64,000 nucleotides of DNA, taken from positions 1 through 64,000 of IMG/VR virus record IMGVR_UViG_2765235989_000002; one strand, given 5' to 3'. The DNA comes from a virus. Its lineage: Duplodnaviria; Caudoviricetes. How positions within the stretch are numbered: position 1 is the stretch's first letter; the number at the start of each line of letters is the position of its first letter. The position numbers and the translations under genes were made by a program. This document shows positions 27,560 through 37,700 of the stretch, in pieces. The notes beneath the pieces are model-generated. The model had not been told where the DNA came from. It ran no database searches and saw only the letters and a program-made list of their open reading frames with translations.

Positions 27560-28882
27560 TCAGAGGGACTTCGGGACGCGGAGCTTGTCCCATGAGGTCT
27601 TGCCGGGGATGCCGTCGGCGCCGGCACCGGAGTAGCCGAGCTTGCGCTGCCACGCGGCGTAGCTGGCCTTGTCGGCGAGCGTCCAGTTCGGTCCGGGGCC
27701 GGACTTGTACTTGCCGCATCCCTCGGCGACCAGGCGGCGGCCCATCGCGGTGACGATCGCCGAGCTGCGGCCGGTGTGGAAGAAGGCCGCACCCGGGAAC
27801 GGTTCGAACTGCGCGCTCGGCGTGCCGGGTGCGGCGGGAACCTTCAGTTTCTGCCCGACCGCGAGCTTGTTCGGGTCCTTGAGGCCGTTGAGGGCCACGA
27901 GCTTCGCCACAGTGGTCTTGTAGCGGGAGGCGATCGTCGACAGGGTGTCGCCCTTCTTCACCGTGTACGTGCCGCTCGAGCTGGCCCCGCCTTCGGTCCC
28001 TGTGCTGCCGGTGGGCTTGCCGGGCACGATGCCCGTGTCGATCGCGCCCGGGTCCCAGTGGTCGTTGCCGGGTACCTGGGCGTGCGCGTAGTGGCCGCCC
28101 TTCGACTGCCACGTCGTTCGGGACCGGGACCCGGATGCGGCCAGCGCAGCGGTCGCCGGGGGCTTCCCGGCCGGCCACACGTCGGGGATACCGTGCGCGC
28201 GCATCGCCGCCAGCAGGGCCCGGAAGTTCGGCTTGGCCGACGGGTCGAACCCCTTGGTCCACGGGGAGGCGGCGCGGCCGAGGACTTCGACCTGGATGTT
28301 GACGCGGCCCTCGCGGTTCGTGCGGCGGGCACCGTCGTTCTTGAGCGCCCGGGCGGACTGGGTGAGCGGGCCGAACTGGCCGATCCGGTCCGTGACCGGG
28401 TCGTAGATGACCTGCGGCTCGGCACCGACCCGTATCAGGTAGGCGGCGATGGAGGTGAAGTAGTTGCCGCCGGCCGGGGACTCGGTGGTGTGCCAGGTGG
28501 CGCGCGGCGGGTTGCCGGGGGTGTCCATGGCGCCGCCGATGGACTGCCCGCCGAAGCGGGTGGCGCCGGAGATGTAGGCGGGCCCGGCCGTACCGCGCGG
28601 CAGGTCCTCGGGCCCGGGTTCCGCTGTTGCCAGGCCTGGCTTGTGGATCTGGTCGTCGGGTGCGTCGACCGGCACGTACACGTCCAGGTCGCCGTCGTCG
28701 CGGAGCACCATGAAGGCACCGGCCTGGCGGGGATGCTCCTTGACGTGCCGGGGCGTCGCCTCAAGAGCGGCAATAGCGCGGACCTCGTCGGTGTGGGCCT
28801 GGTTGACGGTGCCGTAGTAGGTGCTGGTGGTCTTGAGGGTGTCGGGGTCTATGTGGTCGACGGCGACGTGGTAGCTGGTCAC
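27560..28882 (-). CDS. Endolysin (amidase + LysM + peptidoglycan-binding domain)
   Basis: WHTTE...QVE...[15 protein letters not shown]; [13 protein letters not shown]; [10 protein letters not shown]. Confidence 0.88.
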   Translation of the reverse strand: MTSYHVAVDHIDPDTLKTTSTYYGTVNQAHTDEVRAIAALEATPRHVKEHPRQAGAFMVLRDDGDLDVYVPVDAPDDQIHKPGLATAEPGPEDLPRGTAGPAYISGATRFGGQSIGGAMDTPGNPPRATWHTTESPAGGNYFTSIAAYLIRVGAEPQVIYDPVTDRIGQFGPLTQSARALKNDGARRTNREGRVNIQVEVLGRAASPWTKGFDPSAKPNFRALLAAMRAHGIPDVWPAGKPPATAALAASGSRSRTTWQSKGGHYAHAQVPGNDHWDPGAIDTGIVPGKPTGSTGTEGGASSSGTYTVKKGDTLSTIASRYKTTVAKLVALNGLKDPNKLAVGQKLKVPAAPGTPSAQFEPFPGAAFFHTGRSSAIVTAMGRRLVAEGCGKYKSGPGPNWTLADKASYAAWQRKLGYSGAGADGIPGKTSWDKLRVPKSL

Positions 28883-29703
28883 AGGGTCACTCCGTCTCGG
28901 CGGGGCTGGATAAGGTCGATCTGTGTACGGATGGCTTGGTAGGTGGCCAGGCGCATGCGACCGTCGCCGTGGTCGCCCCAGCTGGTGCCCCACGAGTTCC
29001 TGAACCGGATGACGGTGTAGTCGGGGAGCAGCGTGCCGTCGTCCATGGCGACCGTTTCGAGGGCGGTGACGCACACCTCGTGGCCGCCCTCGAGTGGGGA
29101 CGACGTCCAGTTCGGATCGTCGTCGAGGAAGCCGTCCGGGCCGGTCTGGGTGAAGGCTGAATGCCAGGGCATGCCCATGAGGACGGGGCCGGTCTGGAGG
29201 AGCATGCAGAGTTCCTGCGCTGTGGTGGCGTGCCCGTACTGGTCGATGAGGCCGCGGTCGCGTAGGGCTTTGGCGACACCGAGCCCGGAGGAACCGGTGT
29301 CCTGGGTAGGCCAGACGGCGTCCGTCCACTGATCGTGGGCGGTTGCGTCGGCGTAGAGGCCGATCGCGAAGTGCTCGGCGGCCGCGGTGTCGTCGGTGTC
29401 CAGTCCGACCGCGCGCGCCTGGGCCTTGGGCAGCAGGATCGACAGGAGTGTGGTGGCGGCGTTGCCGGTGCACGAGGAGAGGGCGTCCAGGTCGTCGTCC
29501 AGTCCGTACTGCACGGATGTACGGATGCCCTGCGTGACGAGGTTGCGCTGGTCAAGGACGGGGAGGCGGGGTTCCCACTCGGTGGCGCGCAGCGGCTGCC
29601 CATCGTAGGGGCGGCGGTAGGCGAGACTGCGCGGGTCCAGCACCTGATGACGCCCGAGGTGGTCGGGCGTGTTGTAGGTGCGCACTGTGAGGTTGGTGGG
29701 CAT
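28879..29703 (-). CDS. Papain-like (C1A) cysteine peptidase
   Basis: LDQ...[24 protein letters not shown]. Confidence 0.8.
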   Translation of the reverse strand: MPTNLTVRTYNTPDHLGRHQVLDPRSLAYRRPYDGQPLRATEWEPRLPVLDQRNLVTQGIRTSVQYGLDDDLDALSSCTGNAATTLLSILLPKAQARAVGLDTDDTAAAEHFAIGLYADATAHDQWTDAVWPTQDTGSSGLGVAKALRDRGLIDQYGHATTAQELCMLLQTGPVLMGMPWHSAFTQTGPDGFLDDDPNWTSSPLEGGHEVCVTALETVAMDDGTLLPDYTVIRFRNSWGTSWGDHGDGRMRLATYQAIRTQIDLIQPRRDGVTL

Positions 29704-29851
29704 TCGCCCGTGCTCCTGCACTCCCCGCGCAGAGCTGGTGACGGTTCGTCTGCTCCGGCCTAGCCGGCGGCAGTCCCTCGGGGGTGGTGCGGGGCGGAGG
29801 GTCGCCCTCGTGGTTCAGCGTACGGGCGTGCAGGCCAGAGGTTGCCTCTGG

Positions 29852-30208
29852 TCAGCTCATCTCCGGCTGAGGGTCGAGGAGGACCGCAGACAGGATGGTG
29901 GTGTCCCTTCCGCATGCTGCGTCGAATACGCGCACGATGCCGGCGTTGGAGTACACCAGGCCGATTTCGCCGACGATGTTCAGGTTGGGGCAGCCGGCGG
30001 TGCGGCATGTCCAGGTGACGGAGTACCACTTGGCGGGCTGGAACACGATGGGGTTGTCCGGCAGGTCGGGTGCTTCGGGTGGCGGGGTGGGCTCAGGCTC
30101 GGGTTCCGGTGTCGGCTCGGGGTCTGGAATCGGGTCCGGCTCGACTGGATCGTCCCCCTCCGGCTGGGGCGCGTCTGAGATGTTCTCCTCAACGGGTTCG
30201 GTGCTCAT
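29852..30208 (-). CDS. Pro/Glu-rich protein with Cys motif, after the tail fibre gene
   Basis: ATGA overlap; CRTAGCPN...AACG. Confidence 0.6.
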   Translation of the reverse strand: MSTEPVEENISDAPQPEGDDPVEPDPIPDPEPTPEPEPEPTPPPEAPDLPDNPIVFQPAKWYSVTWTCRTAGCPNLNIVGEIGLVYSNAGIVRVFDAACGRDTTILSAVLLDPQPEMS

Positions 30209-31794
30209 GCGGACATCACGATCCAATCGATTCCGGTTGCGACGATGTTGGTGCGGGTGAGCCAGAGGGTCATGCTGGTGGCAGTCACGTTGGTGCATCC
30301 GACGCCGGTCACGTTGGTTCCAGGGGCGGACGTGTTCGCCGTGGCGACGGCCCTGAACGTGCTGCCGGCCAGGCTGAATCCGGTGACGGTGATCGACGTG
30401 GGGGTGTTGACGGCGGACGGGGTGATTGTGCTGTGGCCGGAGGCGATGTTTCCGGCGGTGAGCATGCCGTTCACATCGACGTTGCCGGCCTTGTCCATGG
30501 TGAATCGGTAGCGTCCCGCGTCGGGGTCCCAGTAGCGCATCACGTAGCCGGTGTGGCTGGGGCCAGGCTGAATAAACAGGACGGTGTTGGCGTCGCCGAC
30601 GTTGGGCTGGATGGTGACCTTCGCGCGAGTCTTCGCGAGACCTGGCGTCATGACGACGTCAGCGGGCTGCGTCGTTCCTGTGGCGTCGGCGTATCCGAAG
30701 GAGGCGGTGGTGTCGTTCAGGTAGATGCGTCCTCCGACGTAGGTGGACGAGCTGGAGTTCCGGAGCCGTTCGGCGGCCCAGAAGTCCTCGCCGAAAAACG
30801 TCCGCCAGCGCATGTCTGTGAAGCCGCTGCCGGTGAAGGTGCCGCTGAACAGTCCCAGGTTCGCGGACCCGGGGGTGTTGGCGACGACGTTGACGAGGGC
30901 GCTGTTCGTACCATCCGTGCTGGACAAGCGCAAGTTCGGGTAGGCGCTGTTCGGGTCGAGGGTGAGGGTGCCGCCTCCGGTGCCGGTGAGTTTCAGGCCG
31001 GCTGCGTCCATGGATGCGATCTCGCGTGTCGCGTCGTACACCTTGACGGAGTTGGAGCCGGACTCGTTGATGGCGACGCGCTGCCCGGACGCGGCGGTGC
31101 GCATCACGGATCCGGTGATGGTGCCGCCCGTGATGGTTTTGCCGGTGATGGCGTCTGCTTTCAGGGCGGTCGCATCCACGCTTCCTGCGGCGAGCAGCGC
31201 TGTGGTGATCGCGTTCGCGTACACCTTGGGGGTGGTGATGGCGCCGTCCGCGATGAGGGTTTCGGTGATCTCGCCGATGCCGATGTCGCCCGCGACCGGG
31301 CGCGGCGCGTACGGTCCCGCCGCGGTGGTGGGGGCGGATGCGGTGCCGGAGGTGTTGCGGGCGAGGAGTCGTACGTACAGGGGGCCGGTGGCCGGGATGT
31401 AGATGATGCCGCCCTGCGGGGTTTCGATCGTCGCCTGGAGGGTTTCCGGGCTCGGCGTGAAGTCGGCGGCCGGGTCGGTGTGGACTTCGACCCGGGCCCA
31501 GTCCAGGGGGATGACCGCGCCGTCGGCGAAGGTGCCGTCCCAGGCGGCGGCGATCCCTCCGAGGGCCGGGCCGGCCGTGGGCGTGGCGGGGACCGGGGGC
31601 GGGGCGCCGTTGACGATGTTCACTGCGGTGGTGCCGTCGCCCTGCTGCCCGACGATGGCCCGCAGACCGCCGGTGCCGTCGCGGACTTCGATCGCAGCGT
31701 CTTCGATGCTCGCGCCGTGCGCGAGCCGTTGCCCCTTCTTGATCTGCGCGACTTCCCGGCGCAGACGGGCGACTTCTTCAGCGAGTGAGGGCAT
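30205..31794 (-). CDS. Minor tail / receptor-binding protein
   Basis: FN3-like segment, repeated AITT/AITG motifs, beta-rich C-terminus; tail gene position. Confidence 0.75.
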   Translation of the reverse strand: MPSLAEEVARLRREVAQIKKGQRLAHGASIEDAAIEVRDGTGGLRAIVGQQGDGTTAVNIVNGAPPPVPATPTAGPALGGIAAAWDGTFADGAVIPLDWARVEVHTDPAADFTPSPETLQATIETPQGGIIYIPATGPLYVRLLARNTSGTASAPTTAAGPYAPRPVAGDIGIGEITETLIADGAITTPKVYANAITTALLAAGSVDATALKADAITGKTITGGTITGSVMRTAASGQRVAINESGSNSVKVYDATREIASMDAAGLKLTGTGGGTLTLDPNSAYPNLRLSSTDGTNSALVNVVANTPGSANLGLFSGTFTGSGFTDMRWRTFFGEDFWAAERLRNSSSSTYVGGRIYLNDTTASFGYADATGTTQPADVVMTPGLAKTRAKVTIQPNVGDANTVLFIQPGPSHTGYVMRYWDPDAGRYRFTMDKAGNVDVNGMLTAGNIASGHSTITPSAVNTPTSITVTGFSLAGSTFRAVATANTSAPGTNVTGVGCTNVTATSMTLWLTRTNIVATGIDWIVMSA

Positions 31795-32894
31795 CAGAGG
31801 TTCTCCGGGGGGCCGTAGTGGAAGGAGTCGGCGCGGGCGAGGGTCAAGGTGGCCTGGTCGTCGGCGTCTCCGGGCTTGTACGAGTCGGCGGTGATGCGGG
31901 CCCAGCCCGACCAGGAGATCCAGTCGTTGTGGACGGCCACCTGCACGTCGTCGCCGATCTGCCACGAGCCGAGGGGCGCGTTGGGGTGGTCTCGTACGGT
32001 GATCTGCTGGACGTCGCCCATGATCTGGCGGCGTTTGCGTTCGGCGGCGGCGCGGCGGCCGAGGGTGTCGTTGCCGTTGACGGTGGGCAGGGCGAGGACG
32101 CTCTCGAGGCGGAGGCGGCCGTCTCGGACGGGGTCGACGGCGAAGCGGGTTGCGGTGCCTTCGCCGGAGCCGGTGGCGATGACGACGTTGGCGTAGTCGT
32201 CTGCCGAGTAGGTGACGGGCGGCGCTTGGACGATGTTGACGCCGCTGCGGAAGGTGATGTCGGTGCGGCGGGCCCCGAGCCGCGGGTAGCCGAGGACGAT
32301 ACGGCGCCGGACGGTGCCGTTCGACTGGTAGGTGCAGCTGTTCGTGTACTGGGGGGCGCCGTCCTCGGACACGATGTCGTCGACCATCTCGCCGAGGACG
32401 GGGGTCTCGTACCAGTAGGAGCGCCACGGTTCTTCCGGGGTGCCAGCTTTCGCGCTGGAGGTAGTCGTGTCGACGGTGACGCCGAGGGTTCCGTCGGGCT
32501 GTTCCTGGGCGTAGGCCCAGATGTCGCGGATGATCTGGCAGGGGTCGCCGTAGGTGTAGGGGCCGCGGCCGTTGAGGTTGCCGTGGATGTCGTGCCGTTT
32601 GGTCAGGTAGGACGACCAGCCGGCGGCCTCGATCCGATACCGGGTGTCCTCGGGGGAGGTGACCCAGATCAGGCCGCCCCAGCGGAGGTAGCCGTCTGCT
32701 TCGACGTAGATGAGGGTGCGGCCGGGGTCGAGGACGTTGATGTTCGCGGTGGCCCAGCGGGGGGCGAGCGTGCCGGTCATACTGCCGGGGCCGTTCAACT
32801 CGCGGCCGAACTCAACGTCGGAAAGGGGCAGCGCCGGGTGAAGGAGTTCGCCGGTGAGGGCGTGCTGCGTCCAGTACCGCCAGCGCGCGGCCAT
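31794..32894 (-). CDS. Minor tail (hub/Tal-like) protein
   Basis: FGRELNGPGS..WGGLIW..LGYPRLG; position. Confidence 0.75.
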   Translation of the reverse strand: MAARWRYWTQHALTGELLHPALPLSDVEFGRELNGPGSMTGTLAPRWATANINVLDPGRTLIYVEADGYLRWGGLIWVTSPEDTRYRIEAAGWSSYLTKRHDIHGNLNGRGPYTYGDPCQIIRDIWAYAQEQPDGTLGVTVDTTTSSAKAGTPEEPWRSYWYETPVLGEMVDDIVSEDGAPQYTNSCTYQSNGTVRRRIVLGYPRLGARRTDITFRSGVNIVQAPPVTYSADDYANVVIATGSGEGTATRFAVDPVRDGRLRLESVLALPTVNGNDTLGRRAAAERKRRQIMGDVQQITVRDHPNAPLGSWQIGDDVQVAVHNDWISWSGWARITADSYKPGDADDQATLTLARADSFHYGPPENL

Positions 32895-33844
32895 CAGAGT
32901 CGGCCTTCGAGGAACTCGACGTCCACTTTGAATGTGGTGCTGCTGTCGACGCCGATCTTCCCGTTGTTCGAGGCCGCGGTCTTCATGCGGGCGACGATCG
33001 GCTGGTTCGTGCCGCGCATCACGGCTCCGGCGGTGGTGGTGAGGTCGATCGTTTCGACCATCTCGGTGTAGATGCGGCGCACGCCGGTGGACTGGTTGTC
33101 GTCGATGTTGACGCCCTGGGTGGCCTCGACGGTGCCGAGCATGAAGCGGAACCCGCCGAATACGTACCCGCCGTCGAGGCGGAGGTTCGTCACCCCGAAC
33201 ACGATCTTCGCTGTGGCGGCCCAGGACGGGATCGCGAGGGTCGCGAGGGTGGTGTTGGGGTGGGTGCGCCAGGTCTCGGAGGTGCCGCTGATCTCGACCA
33301 GGGACCCGGAGTAGTAGTAGGGGGTGAGGATGCGGTCCCGGCGGGGGTTCGCGATGGTCCGCAGGTCCTTGATGTACGCGTTGGTGATGGTGCCGGTGGA
33401 GGCGGGGATGTCGATCCGGCAGATGGGTACGGCCGAGTAGCCCGCCGGCACGGTCGTGGCCGTGGAGCTGACGTTCGGGATGACCTCCCAGAACACGATC
33501 GGGTCGACCGTCGGGTCGCGGTTGCCCTCGTAGGCGGGGTCTTCGACGCGGAGGACGACCATGTCGGAGCGGGCGGTCCCGCCGGTGGCGGCGATGTTCA
33601 CCGTGTCGGAGCCGATGTTGTACGCCGCGTAGGTGCCCTGGAACGGGTTGACGCGGCCGGTGATGACGGCGGATCCGGCTGCGATCTGGATGCCGCCGCC
33701 AGGGGTCGGCAGGGCGGACGCTTTCAGGTCCGTGCCGGTGGTGACGCCCTGCTGGGCGCGCGCCAGGTCCTTGACGAGCATCCGGAACTGCTGCGCGGTG
33801 TGGGTGCCGCCGGTGGTGGCGATCGGGATCGGATTCAGGGCCAC
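32894..33844 (-). CDS. Minor tail protein
   Basis: QGTY...RSDMVVLRVEDP...RIDIPAST..IT..IKDLR, an actinophage minor-tail pattern. Confidence 0.75.
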   Translation of the reverse strand: MALNPIPIATTGGTHTAQQFRMLVKDLARAQQGVTTGTDLKASALPTPGGGIQIAAGSAVITGRVNPFQGTYAAYNIGSDTVNIAATGGTARSDMVVLRVEDPAYEGNRDPTVDPIVFWEVIPNVSSTATTVPAGYSAVPICRIDIPASTGTITNAYIKDLRTIANPRRDRILTPYYYSGSLVEISGTSETWRTHPNTTLATLAIPSWAATAKIVFGVTNLRLDGGYVFGGFRFMLGTVEATQGVNIDDNQSTGVRRIYTEMVETIDLTTTAGAVMRGTNQPIVARMKTAASNNGKIGVDSSTTFKVDVEFLEGRL

Positions 33845-33854
33845 GGCTGTCTCC

Positions 33855-34751
33855 TCAGAGGGCCTTGTAGGCCGGCCACCAGGTGACGGCCAGGGTGCTG
33901 GTCAGGGTGTTGTCCGTGGCCGTCCACTGGAGTTCGTTGAGTCCGGGCGCCAGTTGGAACAGGTCGATGCGGGAGGTTGCGGAGAGGGGGGCGCCGCCGC
34001 CGTTGTTGCGGAGGACGGTGCGCCAGCCCGGCCGGGTGTCGATCTCCACCCACTCCCCCGCGGTGAGCGTCGTCTGGACGGTCAGGGTGCGTCCGCTGGC
34101 CACGTGCGTGATCTTCGGGTTCGCGCACGGTCCCGCGATGCGGAGCACGGGCCAGGTGGGGGCCGTGCCCTCGACGTCGAGCCAGCCGGGCCGGCCGACC
34201 GACTCGGGGTTCCCGGCGATGACGAACGGGAACTGGAGCGGGAAGGTGATGCCGCCCTGGGTGACCGCGCCGAGCGGGATGCTCGTGGTGCCGGGGGTGT
34301 CGGCGTAGTACAGGTGGTCCTGGCCCTGGAACTCGATGTCCAGGGGGATCCAGCCGTGGATGGCCTTGGTGATGTCCGGCTCGAGCTTGCGGAGCCGTCC
34401 GCGTACCGTGCGGGCGGTGCGGCCGGGGTATTTCAGGCGCAGGTCCATGGTGGTGCCGCCCTGCCCTCGGACGGCCGGGGTGTCGGCCAGGTCCTGGAGC
34501 GCGGCCAGCACGTTCAGCGCGGTCGTGCGGTCGCCGGGGGTGCGGATCGCGGCGTCGATCCGGATGGTGCGTCCGCTGTAGCGGTCCGGGCCGAGCCACA
34601 GCCCGTCCTCCCCCGGCGGCTCCACGTCCGCGGTGCGCAGCGGCGGCTGGCCGAGCCCTTCGATCGCGGCGACGGTGACGGGGGTGCCGCGGCCGATGAG
34701 GATGTTGCCGAGCTGATGCTGGCCGTCCTCGAGCTGGATGGGTGTGGTCAT
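33855..34751 (-). CDS. Distal tail protein (Dit-like)
   Basis: Directly after tape measure; FPLQFPF, GPCANPKIT, LAPGLNEL. Confidence 0.75.
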   Translation of the reverse strand: MTTPIQLEDGQHQLGNILIGRGTPVTVAAIEGLGQPPLRTADVEPPGEDGLWLGPDRYSGRTIRIDAAIRTPGDRTTALNVLAALQDLADTPAVRGQGGTTMDLRLKYPGRTARTVRGRLRKLEPDITKAIHGWIPLDIEFQGQDHLYYADTPGTTSIPLGAVTQGGITFPLQFPFVIAGNPESVGRPGWLDVEGTAPTWPVLRIAGPCANPKITHVASGRTLTVQTTLTAGEWVEIDTRPGWRTVLRNNGGGAPLSATSRIDLFQLAPGLNELQWTATDNTLTSTLAVTWWPAYKAL

Positions 34752-37700
34752 CGTGCTCGGGTTCCTCCTCGTGCGAGGCGCCGTAGCTGGTAGGCGTTGT
34801 CGGCGTCGATGCGTGCGGCGAGGTCCCGGTCGGTTCGGTCGGCCAGGTGCCAGTGCTGCTCGCCTACGAGGGGGCCCTGTTCGCGGATGATGACGATCCG
34901 TCCGCCGTCGGCGGCGCCGGCGGGGGTGAGGCCGACGCCGAACCGGCCGGCGACGTCACGGAGGACGGCCGTGGCGCCGGCGCGCTTGTTCGGGCCGAGG
35001 GGGATGTACGCTTCGCCGCCGGTCGAGGGCTCGGCGAAGGTGAGCGCGCCGGCGCGGGTGGAGTAGAGCCCGGGCCGGATGCCGCCGTCCGCGTAGGAGA
35101 GGCCCTTGTTCGCGCGGGCCAGGTCGGTGAGGAACTGGGTGGCGCGGGAGCCGAGCGCGGTTTTGATCTGGCCGGACGCTTTCGTGGCGGTGGCGATGAT
35201 CTCGTCTTCTCCGAGGCCGGTGGTGTCGGCGACGGTGTGGATGCCGGTCTTGCTGGTCTTGATCGCGGCGATGATCGCAACGAGCTGCTGCACCTGCTCG
35301 GTAGTCAGGGAGTTGTTCGCGGTCTTCGCGGCGCTGTTCGCCGACGACGCCTTCTTGCCGTCCTTCACCGCGGCGGCGGCGAGCTCCATGGCCGCCTGGT
35401 CGCCCTGTGCGGCAAGCTGCTTGGCGAGGTCGCCGTACCCCTTCGCCGACAGGGTGATCAGGTTCTTCGCGAACGAGGCATCAGCGGTGTTCGCCTTGGA
35501 CAGCTGGCGGGTGTAGTCCGTCAGCGACGCCTTCGCCGTGGCGGCGAGGCCGCGCAGCGCGGCCGCCATCTCGTTGAGGTACTTCGTGGACCCTCCTGCC
35601 ATCTTCTTGGCGAGGGCGACCCCGTCCTTGCCCATCGAGGCGAGGGCGTCGGCGACGTCTCCGCCGGCACGGTCCGCGACCTTCGCGAGGTCGGCGTTCC
35701 ATGCCTGGGTGGCTTTGCTGTTGGCCTTGAGCTGGGTCTCGACGGTCTTCAGGTCGAAGTACTCGACGTCCTTGGTGGTGGTCTTGCCCTTCGACTTGAC
35801 CTTGACCTTCTTGGTCTTGTGCCCGGCTTGCCCGGCGTCGGACGCGGAGTACAGGGAGCCGGTCTGCGGGTCGTAGCGCCAGTCCGTGACCGACCCGTCC
35901 GCGTTCCACTGGATGCGTGTGGGGTCGCCGCCGAGGCGCCGTACGGTCTCTTCGGCGATGGCGCGGGAGCGGGGCCGTTTGCCGGGGGCGAGGGGGATGT
36001 AGGACTCGCCGCCGGTCTCTTCCTCGGCCCAGACGCGCCAGGCTCCGGCCGGGGCGATCTGTGCGACGTGGTTCTCGGGGCGGCGTGCGTTCATGCCGCC
36101 TGCGGCGTAGGCGGTGTAGATGTTGCCGTCGGCGTTCGCGCTGGCGCCGGAGAGCCACTGCTGGCCAGGCTGTTTCCCGGTGGACACGTACTTGGAGTAG
36201 GTGGTGATGGTGACGGTCTTGCTCCTGAGTCCTTCGATCGCGCGGCGCAGCGCGTCCACGCCGGCCCGCGCGCCGCCTGTGGGGGCGCTGATCGTGACGG
36301 TTTTGCCCTTGGTGGTGCGGATTTTGAAGCCGAGGGCTTCGAGCTGCTGGCGCGCTTCGGCGGTCGGGGCGCGCATGGTGAGGGTCTTGCCGTTGGTGGC
36401 CCGGAGTTTGGCCTGGATGGTCTCGAGTTCGCGGATGGCTTCCGCGCTGGGGGCCTTGATGGGCAGGGTCTTGCCGTTGGTCTGTCCGAGCTTGCTGATC
36501 AGCGCGTCGAGTTCCGCGCGTGCGGCAGCGGTCGGGGCGGTGATCTTGTATTCGCGGGTGCCGGGGATCAGCTTGATCTGGTAGCCGATGTCCTCAAGTT
36601 CCTTCTTCGCGTCCGCGCCGAGAGCGTCGACCTTGATGGTCTTCTTGTCGGGGAACTGCTGGAACTCGGCCTGGACTGCGAGGAGCTCGGCGAGGGTGCT
36701 GTCGACGCCTTCGGTCTGGAGGAGGATCGACACCTGGCCGGGGATGAGGCCCATGGCGTCGGCGACGCCGGCCGCTTCCTTCTTGGACAGGCCGTAGCCC
36801 TCGGCCAGCTTCAGGGCAGAGGTCCGGGCGTCCTGCATTTCCTTGCGGGCGGCGGCGATCGAGTCGGGGACGCTCTTGCCCTGGGACTGGGCGAAGTCGT
36901 AGGCGGCGAGCGCGGCGGACGCGGAGCTGTCGGCGATGCTGTTGAGGGTATTGAACAGCTGCTGGCCGTTCTTCGTGGTCGTGTCGAGGGCGCCGCCGAT
37001 CCCGATGAGCTGCTTGCCCCAGCCGTTGCTGCGGTCGATGCCTGCGGCCATCGCCTCGTTGGCCTGCGTGATGGCCTCGTTCACGCGGGCCTGCGCGGCC
37101 TGGAGGGAGACGCTGCCGCCGGACAGCAGGTCGAGTGCGTCCCGTAGCGCGCGGGTGCGGGAGTCGGCGTCGGCGGTCTTGTCGGCGAGCGCCGCGACCG
37201 CGTCCTTCAGCCGGTCGTACGCGGTCGTGCTGGCCGCGCCCTTAACGCCCTCGTTGAAGGACTTGGCGTCGGCGGCGGCCTTCTGGAAGTCGCCGCCGAG
37301 CCCGCCGAGGGCCTTGCGGAGGTCGTCGGCGGCCCGGCCCTGCACCGTGTACGCCTCGCTGGTCTGCCCGGTCTCCGGGTCCATGACGAGGGTCTTCTGC
37401 GCAGTCGCGGTCGCGGCGAGTTCCCGGCGGAGCTTGCTCAGGGAGCTGCCCTGATTGGTGTAGGCGTCCACGAGGGCGGACATGGGGACTTTCGCGGTGC
37501 GGGCGAGGTCGACCAAGCGCTGCTGCCCGTCGAGGGTCGTCTTGACCTTCTGCGCCATCAGGTTCTCGGCGGCGATTGCCCGGACGTTCTCGTCGACGGC
37601 GCCGTTGGATTCGCGGAGGGCCTGCGCGAGGTTGGAGATCTGCTGCTGATGCTCGGCGGCCGCTGCGGCGGCCTTCTGCTGCCGGGACGCGAGGAGACCA

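Noticed and set aside
30085-30150. GGCTC/GGGT short repeats
   Set aside because: Explained by a Pro-Glu linker
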